NCBI RefSeq assembly: GCF_009914755.1
Contig: NC_060927.1
DNA: 64,000 bases
Direction: 5' to 3' (one strand)
Source: the human T2T-CHM13v2.0 reference genome, Homo sapiens
Below are positions 1-14,856 of this stretch, piece after piece. The first letter of the stretch is position 1. Every line of letters starts with the position of its first letter. A program made the position numbers and the translations under genes. A model generated the notes under the pieces. That model made no database searches, had not been told where the DNA came from, and worked only from the letters and a program-made list of their open reading frames with translations.

Positions 1-131
1 CCTGTCTGTTTGGAGCCTCCCTGGGTGAGGAGCAAGGACTCAAAGAGGGTTTTTGTTTGTTGAAGATCCTTGGAGATGTCAACGTTTTCATGTAATCCAA
101 ATATCTCAGGGTGTTGAGTAAATGGAAGTTT
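1..131 (-). CDS. DNAH12: Axonemal dynein heavy chain exon (start of C-terminal domain), truncated by the window edge
   Basis: Acceptor TTTGTTTTCTGGTAG| at 132-133; reads KLPFTQHPEIFGLHENVDISKDLQQTKTLFESLLLTQGGSKQTG (dynein P-E-I-F-G-L-H-x-N motif); phase 0 joins the exon at 994-1227. Confidence 0.9.
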
Positions 132-176
132 CTACCAGAAAACAAATTAAGCATGCATCATATTTTCCCTGGATAC

Positions 177-760
177 TGAAAGGGATGATCAGGATACGCT
201 ACTCCAAAATATGCTACTTTGGCATAGGGGTTATGTGAGTTGAAGCCAATTAATAATTAACAGATACAGAAAGAGGTCTCTGCCCTCCCCTTATCTGTCT
301 AAAAGTAGGGCATCAATTTCCATTTTTGACTTGTAGCATACATTTCCTCTTTCTTGTACCAGGATGAAGAGAATGACCCTTCTCACTGGAGACAGAACTG
401 GCACTGAGATGAGTCTGTATAAATAGACCTCAGTCAAAATAATCCTTATCTTCCACTAGTTTCCCCCATATGTTTCCTAATCACTTTCCCACAATGTATT
501 GCCCCTAGAACTCTAAACCCCCTTTCCTTTATCTAGTCATGTCTCTACAATTTATCACCCTCTGTTAAAATGGTAAATATGCCCAAGTACAACTGCATCG
601 TTTGGTTTTCACTCCTTTTCTGCAAAGCTCATGTGCACAGAAAAATGTTAATATCCATACAAACTATACTGCCTCTTCTCCTGCTAATTTGTTTTTTGTC
701 AGTTTGATTGGCAGGCCCCTGGCACTGAGCCTAAGAGGGTAAAGTTTTTCCTTTCCTACA
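177..760 (+). mobile_element. Solo ERV1-class LTR, MER34 family
   Basis: TG...CA ends; 4-bp TSD ATAC at 173-176 and 761-764; MER34-like opening CCAAAATATGCTACTTTGGCATA. Confidence 0.75.
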
Positions 761-993
761 ATACATGAATTCATAAGGCAGACATGTGCAGACCAAAAAA
801 GGGTTAAAAATCAACATCAAATAATGGAATACTCAAACTTTTCTAATTTTCAGTAATTACTAGAAAAAGATTATTAAAAGTTGATTAAAACCATAATATT
901 TGTCTAAACCTATACATTAGAGAAGAACATTTCACCATTTGCTGTTAGAAAAATCACACATTAATCTAACCTTATTTTTGGTGACATCATTAC

Positions 994-1227
994 CTTAATG
1001 AATTCAATGTAGTCCTCATAAGTGCCTTTAGGAGGTGCAAAATAGTTTCCACTGGGAGAAAACTTATAATGAGGGTTTTCAACTATGTACAGATTATAAA
1101 AGTCAGCCAGCATGGTTAATAGAAGACGTCTGTCCCAATCGTCTGTCACTCTTCCTCCATAATTACACTCCCCAGTCAGGTAAGATATAGCTTCAAATGG
1201 AATTGTATCATATTCATTGATAAATAA
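994..1227 (-). CDS. DNAH12: Dynein heavy chain exon, AAA6 lid (234 bp)
   Basis: AG at 1228-1229; donor AAG|GTAATG; LFINEYDTIPFEAISYLTGECNYGGRVTDDWDRRLL...YIEFIK with the hallmark YGGRVTDDWDRR; phase 0-0. Confidence 0.95.
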
Positions 1228-1290
1228 CTGAAGCAAAGGAAAAATGAAACAAGAAAAACCTTAAAGTATTTCACTTCATTTCCATTTTAA

Positions 1291-1699
<409 letters not shown>

Positions 1700-1810
1700 T
1701 GAAATAAAGACATATTGCTTCTGTAATGAGAAAAACATTTAATAAAAAAAGACGACATGGAAATTACCAAGTATTTTTCATATGAATGTGGATAAACCTT
1801 GTTTTATGGC

Positions 1811-2018
1811 ACTAGCTATCAACTGGGGTTTTGTCCCCCAGGTTACATTTGGCAATGTCTGGAGATAACTTAGATGGTCACAACTGTGGTGGGGGCTGGG
1901 GTGTTACTGGCATCTATTGGGTAGAAGCCTGGGCTGCTGCTAGACAATACACAGGAGAGCTGCCCACAGCAAAGAACTATCTGGCCCAAAATGCCAATCA
2001 TGCTAAGGCTGAGAACCA
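1811..2018. mobile_element. MER20 hAT-Charlie DNA transposon
   Basis: Motifs CATTTGGCAATGTCTGGAGA, ACTGGCATCTA.TGGGTAGA, CTGGCCCAAAATG.CAAT..TGCT.AGG.TGAGAA. Confidence 0.8.
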
Positions 2019-3526
2019 GGTGCCTGGTTTAGGAGACTTTTCACAATGTGATTAAAAACAAAGCAATTTCAAACTTTAGTGCAACAGCATAAATCACACA
2101 CTATGACACAGTTCCACTGGCAATACATATCATTTCTAGTTTCCTTATTATTGTTGTAATAATAGTAATAAAAACTATCATTTGCATAGTTTTTATATTG
2201 TCTTATTCGCCTCTCAATAACTCTGCAGAGTAGGAAACAGTCTAGTAAATGTGAAGTAATATGAAGGCCTGAATTTATTTCTTCCAGTTCCAGATCCCAT
2301 ACTTGTTCTAATATACAGGAATTTTTGATAGTATGTGTATTGGGATGGTATAAGTTGTGGGTTGAGAGCTTTTCCTGCCCCTGAAGTTTACTTAATTATG
2401 CACAGTTGAGAAAAAAATAATTCTAAATTCTCTAGAACCAAGTTGAAAGAAGGCTTAATCCTTTAAGACTCCCACGTTTTGAAGAGGAAGAGAGGCGTCA
2501 AGAGATATGAAAGGGGACTGAGAAAGAGGGAAGGTCGTCGTTTTGGGAAATGAATTATTTGCAAAAAGAGTAAAGTTTTTCCATGTTTCTTCTTTGGGGG
2601 AGGGGAAGGGTGTGTTCAACTGGGTTCCTTCCCCTCCCAAAGCTGAAGGAAGAGACTTCACGAGAATTTAATGTTAAATTTGTGGCATATGCAAGAAGTG
2701 GAGACCAACAGCTCATTCTCTGGCTGTCTTTCCACTTAGCCCCATCAGTTTTCTGATTTGCCTTTTGGAGAGAGGCAGCCTGCTCATACCAGGTGAAGAT
2801 GGCTTAAGGATTAATCCTCAATCATCTTTCCAGTTTCTGAAGAAATGAAACACGGATCCAGCCAATGCTGGCAGTTTCCAATGTTGGGGCTAGAAAGGTT
2901 GATGACATCAGAAGCTGTAGGCTGGGGCTTGGCCAGAAGATGATTGATTATATGCAGTATGATGGTTTTGGCAAAATGTTCTCCAAGCTTAGGCTGTACC
3001 AACTAAATTGGTCTCGAAAACCAATGTTTAAAATCAACGTCATTTCATCATGCAGTTACAATTCCATAGGCACCAATCTCAACAACTGTTACAAGGATTT
3101 TCAAATGGACATATTTATTCCAGTTAAGGTTTCTGCCCTGATATTTTTTAAAGACTCGATAAAATATCAACTATTTCTATACAAATTATGTGTTAACAAT
3201 TTTTATTTTAAAGGTTGGTGTAAATATGATTAAATGCTTATAGCCTTACAAAAACCTACCTGACTGAAATCTAATAGCACCAATTAATTAGACTTTATCA
3301 ATGCTTCTCTTTTCACTTCATTAGGTCCTATTTCAAAAAGGCCCCTCAGAACAGCAAAAGAGCAGAAAAATATTAATATTCTGTGTTTGTGTGAAAGGCC
3401 AGCTACTCACTTTCCCAAGCTCCCTTACAGCTAAAGCCTACGCCTGTGACCTGGGCTTGGCTACTCAGATGCGTCCACCTTAAACTAAGTAGGGGATTAA
3501 TGTACAGAGAAGAAAGAACAGACCAC

Positions 3527-4090
3527 CTATGGTGGCTCATGCCTGTAACCCAGCTTGAGACCAGGAGTTTGACACCAGCCTGGACAATGTAGCAAGACCC
3601 TGTCTCTACAAAATACGTTTAAAAAAAACAACAACAAACTTACAAGGGGCCGGGCATAGTGGCTCACACCTGTAATCTCAGCATTTTGGGAGGTGAGGCA
3701 GGTGGATTGCCTGAGCTCAGGAGTTTGAGACAAGCCTGAACAACATGGTAAAACCCCATTTCTACTAAAAAATACAAAAAGTTAGCCAAGCACAGTGGCA
3801 CACAACTGTAGTCCAAGCTACTTGGGAGGCTGAGGCATAAGAATAGCTTGAACTGGGAGGCACAGCTTGCAGTAAGCAGAGATCATGCCACTGCACTCCA
3901 GCCTGGGTGACAGAGTGAAACTCTGTTTCCAAACTTATCTGGGCATGGTGGCATGTGCCTGTAGTCCCAGTTACTCCAGAGGCTGAGGCAGGAGGATTGC
4001 TTGAACTCAGGAGTTCAAGGCTGTAGTGAGCTATGATTGCATCACTGCACTGTAGCCTGGGCAACACAGCGAGACCCCATCTCAAAAAAA
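3527..4090 (+). mobile_element. Old Alu (left arm ~3527-3640, right arm ~3931-4090) interrupted by a second Alu (3648-3930)
   Basis: Left arm, full dimer and right arm in series; AAACTTA repeated on both sides of the inner Alu. Confidence 0.8.
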
Positions 4091-4770
4091 ATTAGTAACA
4101 GCAAAGAATCTCTTTGAATGTGGTCACGACAGCAGAGGCCTGCAATAGACTAGAGTCTATGTGGCAGCCATACAAGCTCTGGGGTCTAATATTCAACAAG
4201 GGTAGAGATGCTGCCTTATCAGACACAGAGTGATTTTGGATTTGACTCTGGATGCCTCTTCTCTGAGCTTGACTCTCCAGCTGTCTTGGTGATACTTTGA
4301 GCTACCCAATATCCTTTCAATAAATTATTTTTCTGCTGAAAGTAGACAAGCTGTTTCTGTTGATTGATAGAGCTAAGCTGTAGACTTGACCAAGTGGAGG
4401 AAAGTAGAGGATAGTGGGGACATATGTTAAGCCAACACTGACGATGGCACTGCACAAAGACAAAGAACCAGGGTCCTCGATGACAACACTGTGATGTTGC
4501 CGAATCAACCAAACCCAGAGTGTGTCCTTCTGCACCTCTTTATTATGTGAGTAATGAGTTTCATTGTGGTTTAAGCCAGTTTGAATCAGATTTCCCATTA
4601 CTTGCAGCACAAAGAATCCAGATGGAGATAGTGCTTCATAAGCCATAGTTATTACCATCTACCCACCTGTTAGTGTTGGGAGAAGTGAATCAGCTATTCC
4701 AAGCAAAAGACTTGCCTAGGGCCTGATAAATAGTGATCCTTCATGAATGTTAATTTCTTGTTAATTTTAC

Positions 4771-4908
4771 CTGCAGTTGTCGGATACTGATGCGCAAGTC
4801 AGATTCATTAAATCCATATGGAATATTCCAACCAAGAGGACCAAATTTCTTTCTCTCTTGCACAAGGGCATGAAAAAAACAAACTCCAAACAGTAACTTC
4901 TCCCAGGC
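4771..4908 (-). CDS. DNAH12: Dynein heavy chain exon, AAA6 lid (138 bp)
   Basis: AG at 4909-4910; donor CAG|GTAAAA; [46 protein letters not shown]; phase 0-0; too short for the ORF track. Confidence 0.95.
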
Positions 4909-6845
4909 CTTTAATATAAAAAGTACATAACAAGAAAAAAATTCCGGTCAGATTCCATCAGTAAAATGAGAGGAATAGATAAATGATCTTTCTCACAAGA
5001 TTCTGTGATCACGTATCTCTACAAACTTCTATTTTAAAAAAATCCTATCTAAAATAATACTTACTATAAATAGTATTCATCTTATGATTTAATTCAAATC
5101 TCCAAATCTGGACAAACCATAGTAATATTAAGCCTTGTTAAAATGCAAAAACGTTATCATTTTACCAAAGTATTGACTAATAATACTTTGGTATTACTCG
5201 CAGAGATTTACAACTTCAATACTTAAATGTTATTCTGTAAACTTGCTGGCATATGCTTGAGACTGTAAGTGCAGGGGAATGATTAACCATTATGATATGA
5301 ATAAATCCCAATATGTCATTCATGACTTTGTGACTTTCCATTTGAAAATCATTTTTGAAACCATTGTTTATTTGATCTGCTTTGTGGCATCCCCGTGTCT
5401 GTGATATGCATGTCACATGGGCTTCTCAAGAAATCTGTGTCAGTGTTCCAGAGGATGGTCGCCCAAGTCTTTAAGGTCCCCCCCAAGTAAATTTCAAGTA
5501 TGATACACAGCATGTATTTTAATTTAGAATATTTCAAACATAGCTCCAAATCCAGTGAAAATCCATCCAGCTATTTTCATATAATGCAGTAGTAGACATT
5601 ATTCTTCAATATTAAAATGCAAGTACACTATGCTTTACTGAGTAGATACGTTTTTGAAATGTTCTAAGTACATCAAAGCATATTTTAAACATACTAGATG
5701 AATGCTGTGGTGAAACATTTCATAGGGGAAGAACCTTTAGCAATAAGAGCAATGATCTAATTTACATGTATTTTCTACATATTTTTAAATAGTGGGTTTT
5801 CTTAAGGCAGGAACCATCCTTAAAATTCTGGAAAACTGAATGATCACATTTGTTTCTGTCTTTGGACTCTATCTAGACTGGGTTCCTCCAAAAGTAGACC
5901 TTGAGAGAAAGATGCGGGTGAAGGTGGGTGTATGGGAGAAGTGATCCCAGGAAGCAGGAAAGGAGTAGGGAAAGGGAGGCAGAGAAAGAGGAAAAGTATC
6001 AGGAAGAATTATGGAAGTTGTTGCTGTGATGAGGACTCAGTTCTGCTGGGACAAGTGGTCTCTGAATAGTTGAAGGTTGCCCCTGGGGTTGATAATTTCT
6101 CCACATTTTTGGTCTATGCTTGTGTGTCTACAGGCGAAGAAGGCTCCTGTTGCATCAGAGAAATCTCGAGGAAAGAAAACAGAAAGATGCATACTTGAGA
6201 TAAGGTGCTGTAGCCTATGAAGAGTCTGAACTCACAAAGAACTATCTTCTACAATTGTGGCTGAAATTAGATATGGACCGAAGAGCTGTGACAAAGGACG
6301 TCAGAGTAGTTTGCCACAGTCCTGTTATCTAGATATTCTAAAAACTAGATATTCTTTAAAAAACTTTTAAACATTAAAACATACTTTCTTAAAAAATAAC
6401 CCCTTCCCCTTTTTTTTTTTTGCTTGTTTTTGACTAAGCCAAGGGGGCAGTAGGATGCTGTCTTCTCTGCCTAAAGATGATACCACTGACCTGCCATCAG
6501 TGAGGGTATGCATTTTAGTTTGTTTTCTATGACATGATGCTGTTTTGTGTTGACTCATTCAAACTCCTTAGCAAGGCATGTAAAGACTTCCAGTCTTGAC
6601 CCAATATTCCTTCCCATTCTTATTTCCTACCAGTTTAGCCAAAATGAGGTCCTTATTGCTCTTTCAACAACCTTGTCATAATAGTTGTGCATATTAAACA
6701 TACTTCTTGTGCCTACTTCAAATATCATTTCTTCCATGAAGCTTTTTTTCAACTCAGCCAAGCAGAGTTAATCACACACAAATGGAAAGAGTCAGATGTC
6801 CTGGGTGCCAAATCCCACCTCCAACACTGGGCTGAGCTGTACGAC

Positions 6846-7229
6846 TGATATCGTTTGGCTCTGTGTCCCCACCTAAATCTCAGCTCAATTTGTAATCCCC
6901 GCTTTTCAAGGGAGGGACCTATAATCCCTGCGTGTTGAGGGAGGGAGGTGACTCAATCATGGGGGCAGTTTCCCCCATACTGTTCTTGTGATAGTGAGTT
7001 CTCACGAGATCCGATGGTTTTATAAGTGTTTGGAAGTTCTTCCTTTGCTGTTCTCTCTCCTGCTGCCTTGTGAAGAAGGTGCTTGCTTCCCCCTCACCTT
7101 CCACCATGATTGTAAGTTTCCCGAGGCTTCCCCAGCCATGTGGAATTGTAAGTCAATTAAACCTCTTTCCTTTATAAATTACCCAGTCTCAGATATTTCT
7201 TTATAGCAGTGTAAGAACGGACTAATTCA
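6846..7229 (+). mobile_element. MaLR solo LTR (THE1D/MSTA-like) inserted in a MIR
   Basis: Starts TGATATCGTTTGGCTCTGTGTCCCC, ends GGACTAATTCA; 5-bp TSD ACGAC/ATGAC; MIR sequence resumes after it. Confidence 0.85.
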
Positions 7230-8813
7230 ATGACCTCAATAATTTATTTAATTCATTTGAGCCTCAGTTTCCTTATTTAACAAATAGATGTGTGCAAATG
7301 ATACCTATATTAGAGGACTGTTGCAAGGCTTATATATTTAAACTAACTGAAATCTGCTGGTGGTCAATAAATGTTTGCCCCTTTCCTCCCTTCCTTTCTT
7401 TGTCCTCCCTTAGTTCATAACACTATCATGGCTGTTGCGTGCAGTTGAACATGCAAATTTGTTTGTTTACATCATACATGTTTTAATAATTTTCATTTTA
7501 TTGTGGTAAAACATTTAACATGAAATCTACCATCTTAAATTTTTAAATGTACAATACAGTATTGTTAACTATAAGGACAATGTTGTACAGCTAATCTCCA
7601 GAATTTATTCACCTTGCATAATTGAGACACTATTCCCATTAATAAGCAACTCCCTATTTCCCCCTCCCACAGCCCCAGGTAACCACCTTCTGATTCTATG
7701 AGTTTGACTATTTTTGATACCCTATATAAGTGGAATCATACAGCATTTCTCTTTCTGTGACTGGCTTAGTTCACTTAGGATAATGTCTTCAAGTTTTATC
7801 CATGTTGTCATATATGGCAGTATTTTCTTCTTTTTAAGGCTGAATAATATTCTACGAATGGGCATTTAGGATGTTTCCACATACTGGCTATTGTGAATGG
7901 TGCTGCAATGAACACTGGCCTGCTAATATCTCTTAGAGATCCTGATTTCAATTTTTTTGGATACTCAGAAGTGAGACTGCTGGATCATATGTTCTGTTTT
8001 TAATTTTTTGAGAGTCTCCATACTGTTTTCCTTAATGGCTGCACCACTTTGCATTACCACCAACAGTGTATGAGGGCTCCAATTTTGTCCTTGCTAATAC
8101 ATGCTGGTTTTTGTTTTTTTGAAAATAGCCATCCCAGAAGGTATGAGATGATATCTCATTGTGGTTTTGATTTGCATTTCCCTGCTGACTACTGACATTG
8201 AGCATTTTTTCATATATCTGTTGGCCATTTGTATGTCTTCTTTGGAGAAATGTCTATTCAAACCTTTAGCCCATTTTTAATCTGGTTATTCTTTGTTTTC
8301 TGTTGTTGTTATTGAGGTGTTCCATATATATTTTGGAAATTAACTCCTTATCTAATATATGGTTTGCAAATAATTTCTCCCATTCCTTAGGTTGGCTTTT
8401 CACTTTGTTGATCATTTCCTTTGCTGTGCAGAAGCTTTTTAGTTTGGTTTGATCCCACTTTCTTTTTGTTGCCTGTGTTTTGGTGTCATATCTATGAAAT
8501 TATTGCTAAGATCAATGTCGTGAAGCTTTCCTTCTAAGTGTTCTTCCGTAAGTTTTACAGTTTCAAATCTTACATGTAAGTCTTTAATCCATTTTGAGTT
8601 GATTTTTATGTATAGTGTAAGATAGGAGTTAAATTTCATTCTTTTGCATGTGGATATGCAGTTTTCTCAATACCAGTTGTTGAAGAGACTATACTTCTCC
8701 CATTGTATATTCTTGGCACCTTTGTCAAAGATCAGTTGACCTTATATGTGTAGATTGATTTCTGAGCTCTCTATTCTTTTCCTCTGGTCTGTATGTCTGA
8801 CTTTATACTAGTA

Positions 8814-9028
8814 CAGGTTGAGCATCCTAAACCCCAAAACCCAAAATCCAAAATGCTCCAAAATCCAAAACTTTTTGAGTACCAACATGATGCTCAAAGG
8901 AAATGCTCATTAGAGCATTTCAGGTTTTGTATTTTTGTATTTGGAATGTTAACTGGTAAGTATAATGCAAATATTCCAAAATTAAAAAAAAAAATCCCAA
9001 GCATTCCAGATAAGGAATACTTAACCTG
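8814..9028. mobile_element. Tigger4/Zombi-type non-autonomous TcMar element
   Basis: TIRs CAGGTTGAG...TTAACCTG with TA on both sides; internal AAAATCCAAAATGCTCC repeats. Confidence 0.8.
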
Positions 9029-9840
9029 TACCATATTGTTTTAATCACTGTAGCTTTGTATTATATTTTGAAATCAGGAAGTAGCCTGATTTCAGAGAAC
9101 AAAGCCTCTAGCTTTGTTTTTTCTCAACATTGGTTTGGCCATTTAAGATCTTTTGTGGTTCTATATGAATTTTAGAGTTTTTAAGATTGGGATTTTGATA
9201 GGGATTGCTAAATTAAATCTGTAGATCACTTTGGTTAGTTTGCACATTTTAATAATTTAAGTCTTCCAATCCATGAACATGGGATATTTTTCCATGTTCA
9301 TGTCTTCTTTAACTTATTGCATCAATGTTTTGTAGTTTTCAGTGTATATATCTTTCACCTCCTCAGTTGAATTTATTCCTAAGTATTTTATTGTTTTTGG
9401 TACTATTATAAATGGGATTGTTTTCCTAATTTCCATTTCAGATAGTTTGTTGTTGGTGTACAGAAATGCAACTAATTTTTATATGTTGATTTTGTACCCT
9501 AAACTTTACTGAATTCATTGATTAGCTCTGACAGGTTTTTCTTGTGTGGAGTTTTGTGGTTTTCTATATACATAAGATCACATCATCTGCAAACAAGGAC
9601 AATTTTACTTCTTCTGGTTTGATTTGGATGCCTCCTGTTTCTTTTTCTTGCCTAATTGTTCAGTCTAGGACTTCCAGTCTATGTTGAACAGAAGTAGAAG
9701 GAGTGGGCTTCCATGCCTTCTTTCTGATCTTACAGGAAAAATTTTCAGTTTTTCCATGGTTGAGTATAATATAAGTTGTGGTATTTTCATATTGGCTTTT
9801 ATTATGTTGAGGTAATTTTCTTCTATTCCTCGTTTGTTAA

Positions 9841-10160
<320 letters not shown>

Positions 10161-10919
10161 GAGAGTTTATATTATAAAAAAGTGTTGAATTTTGTTGGAT
10201 GCTTTTTCTGCATCTAGTGAGATGATCATGTGATTTTTATCTTTCTTCTGTTAATGTGTATTACATTAATTGATTTTTATAAGTTGAATCATTTTAGCAT
10301 CCCAGGGGATAAATCCCACTTGGCCATGGTGTATATATATGATATGCTATATTTATGCTTGTTCTTGAGCCTTACTTCAAATTTAGTGAATCAGAATTCC
10401 AGAAGTAGGGCACTGACATCTGTAGCTTTAACAAGTCCCCCAGGTTTGTGGGGATTATGGTTGAGCTTGCTTTCCACAGGTTTCCTTTGACTAAAATGTC
10501 AGCTCCATAAAGACAGGAAATTTTTACATGTTTTTATATATGTTCATTGCCATATTACCAGTTCCTATAAGAATGTCTTGCACCTAGTAGGTACTCAATA
10601 AATATTTACTAAATAAATAAGTGAAGATACAGAAATGTATCCCTGCCCTTAAGGAGAATAAAGTGAGTACAGCAGACAGATCTATAGACTCATAACGAAT
10701 GTCTTATCATTGCTAGGTAATTCAAACGCCCAAGATATCAACAACCTGTGACTAAAAAGATCTTATTTACTTTTAATGGCCAAATGATGATAGTTCAAAT
10801 TATTGCTGGCCTAATTGTCAGAAATTAGCCTTATCGAAAGGCATTCCAGCTATTTCTGGAAGCCTCAGTGGAATTTCAATATGTCTACAAACCAGTCACA
10901 CCTGCAGAAACTGGAAGGC

Positions 10920-11098
10920 AATGGTTTTCAAAGTGTGATTCCAGAACCAGCCACATCAACATCACCAGGGAATTTGTTAGAACTATAAATTCTTAAGCCT
11001 CACCCCAGACCCACTGAATTAGAGACTCTGGGGATGGGACCCAGCAAGATGTGTTTGAACAAGCCCTCTAGGGGAATCGGATGCATACTGAGAACCCA
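10920..11098. mobile_element. MER5A hAT-Charlie element
   Basis: GGTTTTCAAAGTGTG...ATCACC.GGGAATTTGTTAGAA...CACCCCAGACC.ACTGAAT.AGA.ACTCTGGGG...AACAAGCCCTC. Confidence 0.75.
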
Positions 11099-12618
11099 TG
11101 TCACAGGGCATTTACATTCTTTTACTTCTCTTACCCCAGCTTTCATTTGTTTGTACTACCAGAGAAGTTGCTTGGTGAAGCCTTACCTATTACCACTGTT
11201 CATCACAAAAATGATGATACATGGCAAGGATACTAACTTCAGATATCCCAACAAATCCCAATACTTACGGTGCCAGCGTAGCTTGCTCAATGTTGTAATA
11301 CCCAAGGAGTGAGAATGCTTCTTCTCTAACTCAGCACCATTTTTATTTGAATAATCTGAGTCCCAAATTAGCTCTGCTTGAGCTTAGAATCTTTCAAAAT
11401 TTCCCTTCTCTTTCTTGCCCTCGCTCTTCTAATTGCAGGAGCTCAAACTCTGGATGAGGATTAGACACCATACTATCTTCTCCATTCTACTAAGCTCTCT
11501 TTCTAAATAAAACCACAAAATATCCTCTCTTGTTCTAAGATTTGCAAACAAAATTATGGCGCAGAACTAGGGTACACAGAAAGTGTCATTAAGCAGAGGG
11601 AAAATACCTGACTTTCAAAGAATTTAGTTAATTTTACCTTCAATATCATTTTTTCTAGCTCAAACATGAAAATATGATAAATAGTACATGTTGGGGTGAG
11701 GGCAGGGGATGATTTTCTCACAGTAATGTTTCATGTGCCCAATTAATAATGTAACACGCTGGACTTTTCTCCATTCTTGTACTCACTTGCTGCAGGAGAG
11801 AGGAGTGACCTACCGGACTGGTAAACTTGGGGAAAATTAACCAGATATGCTCAGCCCAGCTTCTCCCTTTTCTTTCTTAGAAGTGAGCTTCTTACAGGGA
11901 CCTGGGTTTTCCTTTACTCTTCTGGGTGGATAAATTTGCTTAATTTTAGGGCTCAGTAATATGAAACCCATTTGTTCACAGATATAAGCTATATCTTCCA
12001 ATCTAGCCTATATCAATAATTAAGCCTATAATTTGGTTACCATACATTTATACTTTTCCCTGTTTCTCAATTGGTAAGAATTCAGGCAGGGAAATGAGTA
12101 CTCTCTACTGGGACCCTTAAAGTCTCCAGTACTGTAAACAAAACTGTTTAAGGTGGATATACGAAAAAGCACTATTAATATGCTTAACATTATTACTAGA
12201 ATCTAAGTTTCATAAAGGCAGATTTCTTTGTCTGTCTATTTTGTTCTCATTGCTTTATATCTACACTACCTAGGAGAGGGCCTGGCACACATACTTGTTG
12301 AAAAAGAATCAACAATGGGAAAATAGATTTCTACTCTCGGGTCCTAATCAAAAACATTACTGGGCTTTGGCTTACAAACTAAGATTCATTCATTCAACAA
12401 ATATTTATTTCGATGTCTACTGTGTGGGAAGTGGAACACAAACTATATTGAATAAAATGGTGAACAAGATAAGTACAATTTTTGTCTTGTTAGGAAATGC
12501 GTAAAGTTTTAAAAACATTAAATAAAAATGTTACAAAAGCATTATTAAACAAAATTTTACACTTCCATATTTGATCACTATAAAACACATTTTAAAAGTT
12601 CCAAAAGATGAATATTAC

Positions 12619-12759
12619 CAGTTCCTTTCCACGGCATCCCTTGAAAAACTCAGGATCAGAAACTGGATCAGTGAGATATGATTGAAGGAGATTCAGCCGA
12701 AGACCCGTGGGAGGTTCATTAGTCATTTTTACTCCATTCTGTAGAATTGTTACTGGGAA
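12619..12759 (-). CDS. DNAH12: Dynein heavy chain exon, AAA6 (141 bp)
   Basis: AG at 12760-12761; donor CTG|GTAATA; [47 protein letters not shown]; phase 0-0. Confidence 0.95.
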
Positions 12760-12907
12760 CTAAGACAAAATAAATGGAGAGCATTATACAAGATAGCAAG
12801 TGGAGGCTCTAAAAGTGCATATACACGTGGATTAAAAAACAGGCATAATGGAGAACTCCAGAAATATTCAAAAAACCTCTTAAGGTTAAGCATCTGAGGC
12901 TTGATTA

Positions 12908-13564
<657 letters not shown>

Positions 13565-13744
13565 CTACTTACTCTAAAATTATAAAAAAGTGCCTTATGT
13601 ATAGGTGTTTTATCATGAAAAATTCTAGTTACGTTTCTCTGTAAATATCAGATTTACTAACTGATTTATAATCATATAAGGAATCAGTATTGAGCAAGAT
13701 GTTTTATTTATGATTTCTTAAAAGTTTACAGTATATGCACTTAC

Positions 13745-13895
13745 TGGCCATAGGATCTGCTCCTGGAGATAGAACAAAAATTAAGGGAATGGTGCAATTT
13801 GAATCCAAGTAACTCTTTGTCAAATCAAATGGTGGAGGCTCTACAAACTTTTTCCCTAGTTTGTCAGTTACATAGTTTGTTATAGCTGGGGTTAT
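13745..13895 (-). CDS. DNAH12: Dynein heavy chain exon, start of AAA6 (151 bp)
   Basis: AG at 13896-13897; donor A|GTAAGT; ITPAITNYVTDKLGKKFVEPPPFDLTKSYLDSNCTIPLIFVLSPGADPMA; phase 0-1. Confidence 0.95.
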
Positions 13896-14856
13896 CTGTT
13901 GAAGAGAAAAGATATGATCTTTAGAGCAACTTTTATTTCACATAATGGATATGAATATTATTGAAAAACAACAAAGAATACAATTTGAGCCTAATGGTCA
14001 AAAAAAGCATATAGCATCATAGACAAAGCACTAATTTCTCTAAAAAATAAAAACTATATACATTTATAGGAGAAGACTATCCAAAAGATAAATGGGCAAA
14101 GGAGACAAACTGCTTAGAGAAAATCAAGTACAAATTGATCCTAAACATATGAGGGATGCTCAATGTCACTCATTATAGCAGAGATTGCATATTGTCCCAC
14201 TTATTTGTCTCTGTTTGGTATTAGAACCCCAAGTTTTCCTGGCATTTCTTGCAGGTAATGTGGCCATGTGACTAAGTTTTGGCCAGAGAGATACAAGTAG
14301 AAATTACTTATGGATCTTCCAGATAATATTTTAAGGAAGCTATTTGCCTTCAACAATTTCTTCTCTTTTCAACATAGCGTTCACAAGCCAGCTTCCATTT
14401 TGCTGATGAGGACCACACTGTAAGCATGAAAGAACCTGAGTTTCTGGGTGATCTCAGGAGCAAGAGCTTCCCTGTCAGCCCTTCATCATTTGCCTCTGAG
14501 CTGTTAGGAGAGAGAGAAATTAACTTCTATTTGATTTAAGCCACTGTACTTTAGGTCCCTTTGTTACAGCAGCTTCATTTATACGCTAATACTCATAATA
14601 AGAAAAATACAAATTATAACTATACTTAGATACCATTTTTAACCTATTGAATTGTTATATAAATCAGCCAAAGATGGCCAGGGAGGCCATGATGTCTTGA
14701 TATTTGGTCAAATAGCAGTCTACACATGTTGCTGTGAAGGTATTTTTGGATGAGATTAATATTTAAATTAGTAGATATGGAGTAAGGCAGATTGCCCTCC
14801 ACAATGTGGTGGGCCTCATACAATCAGTTGAAAGCCTTAAGAAAGAAAAAAGCCTG

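Noticed and set aside
2865-3233. 122-aa plus-strand ORF
   Set aside because: No recognisable domain, AT-rich C-terminus, antisense within an intron; compatible with chance
5200-5550. Possible ancient transposase remnant or conserved element
   Set aside because: I could not match it to any family or motif with confidence
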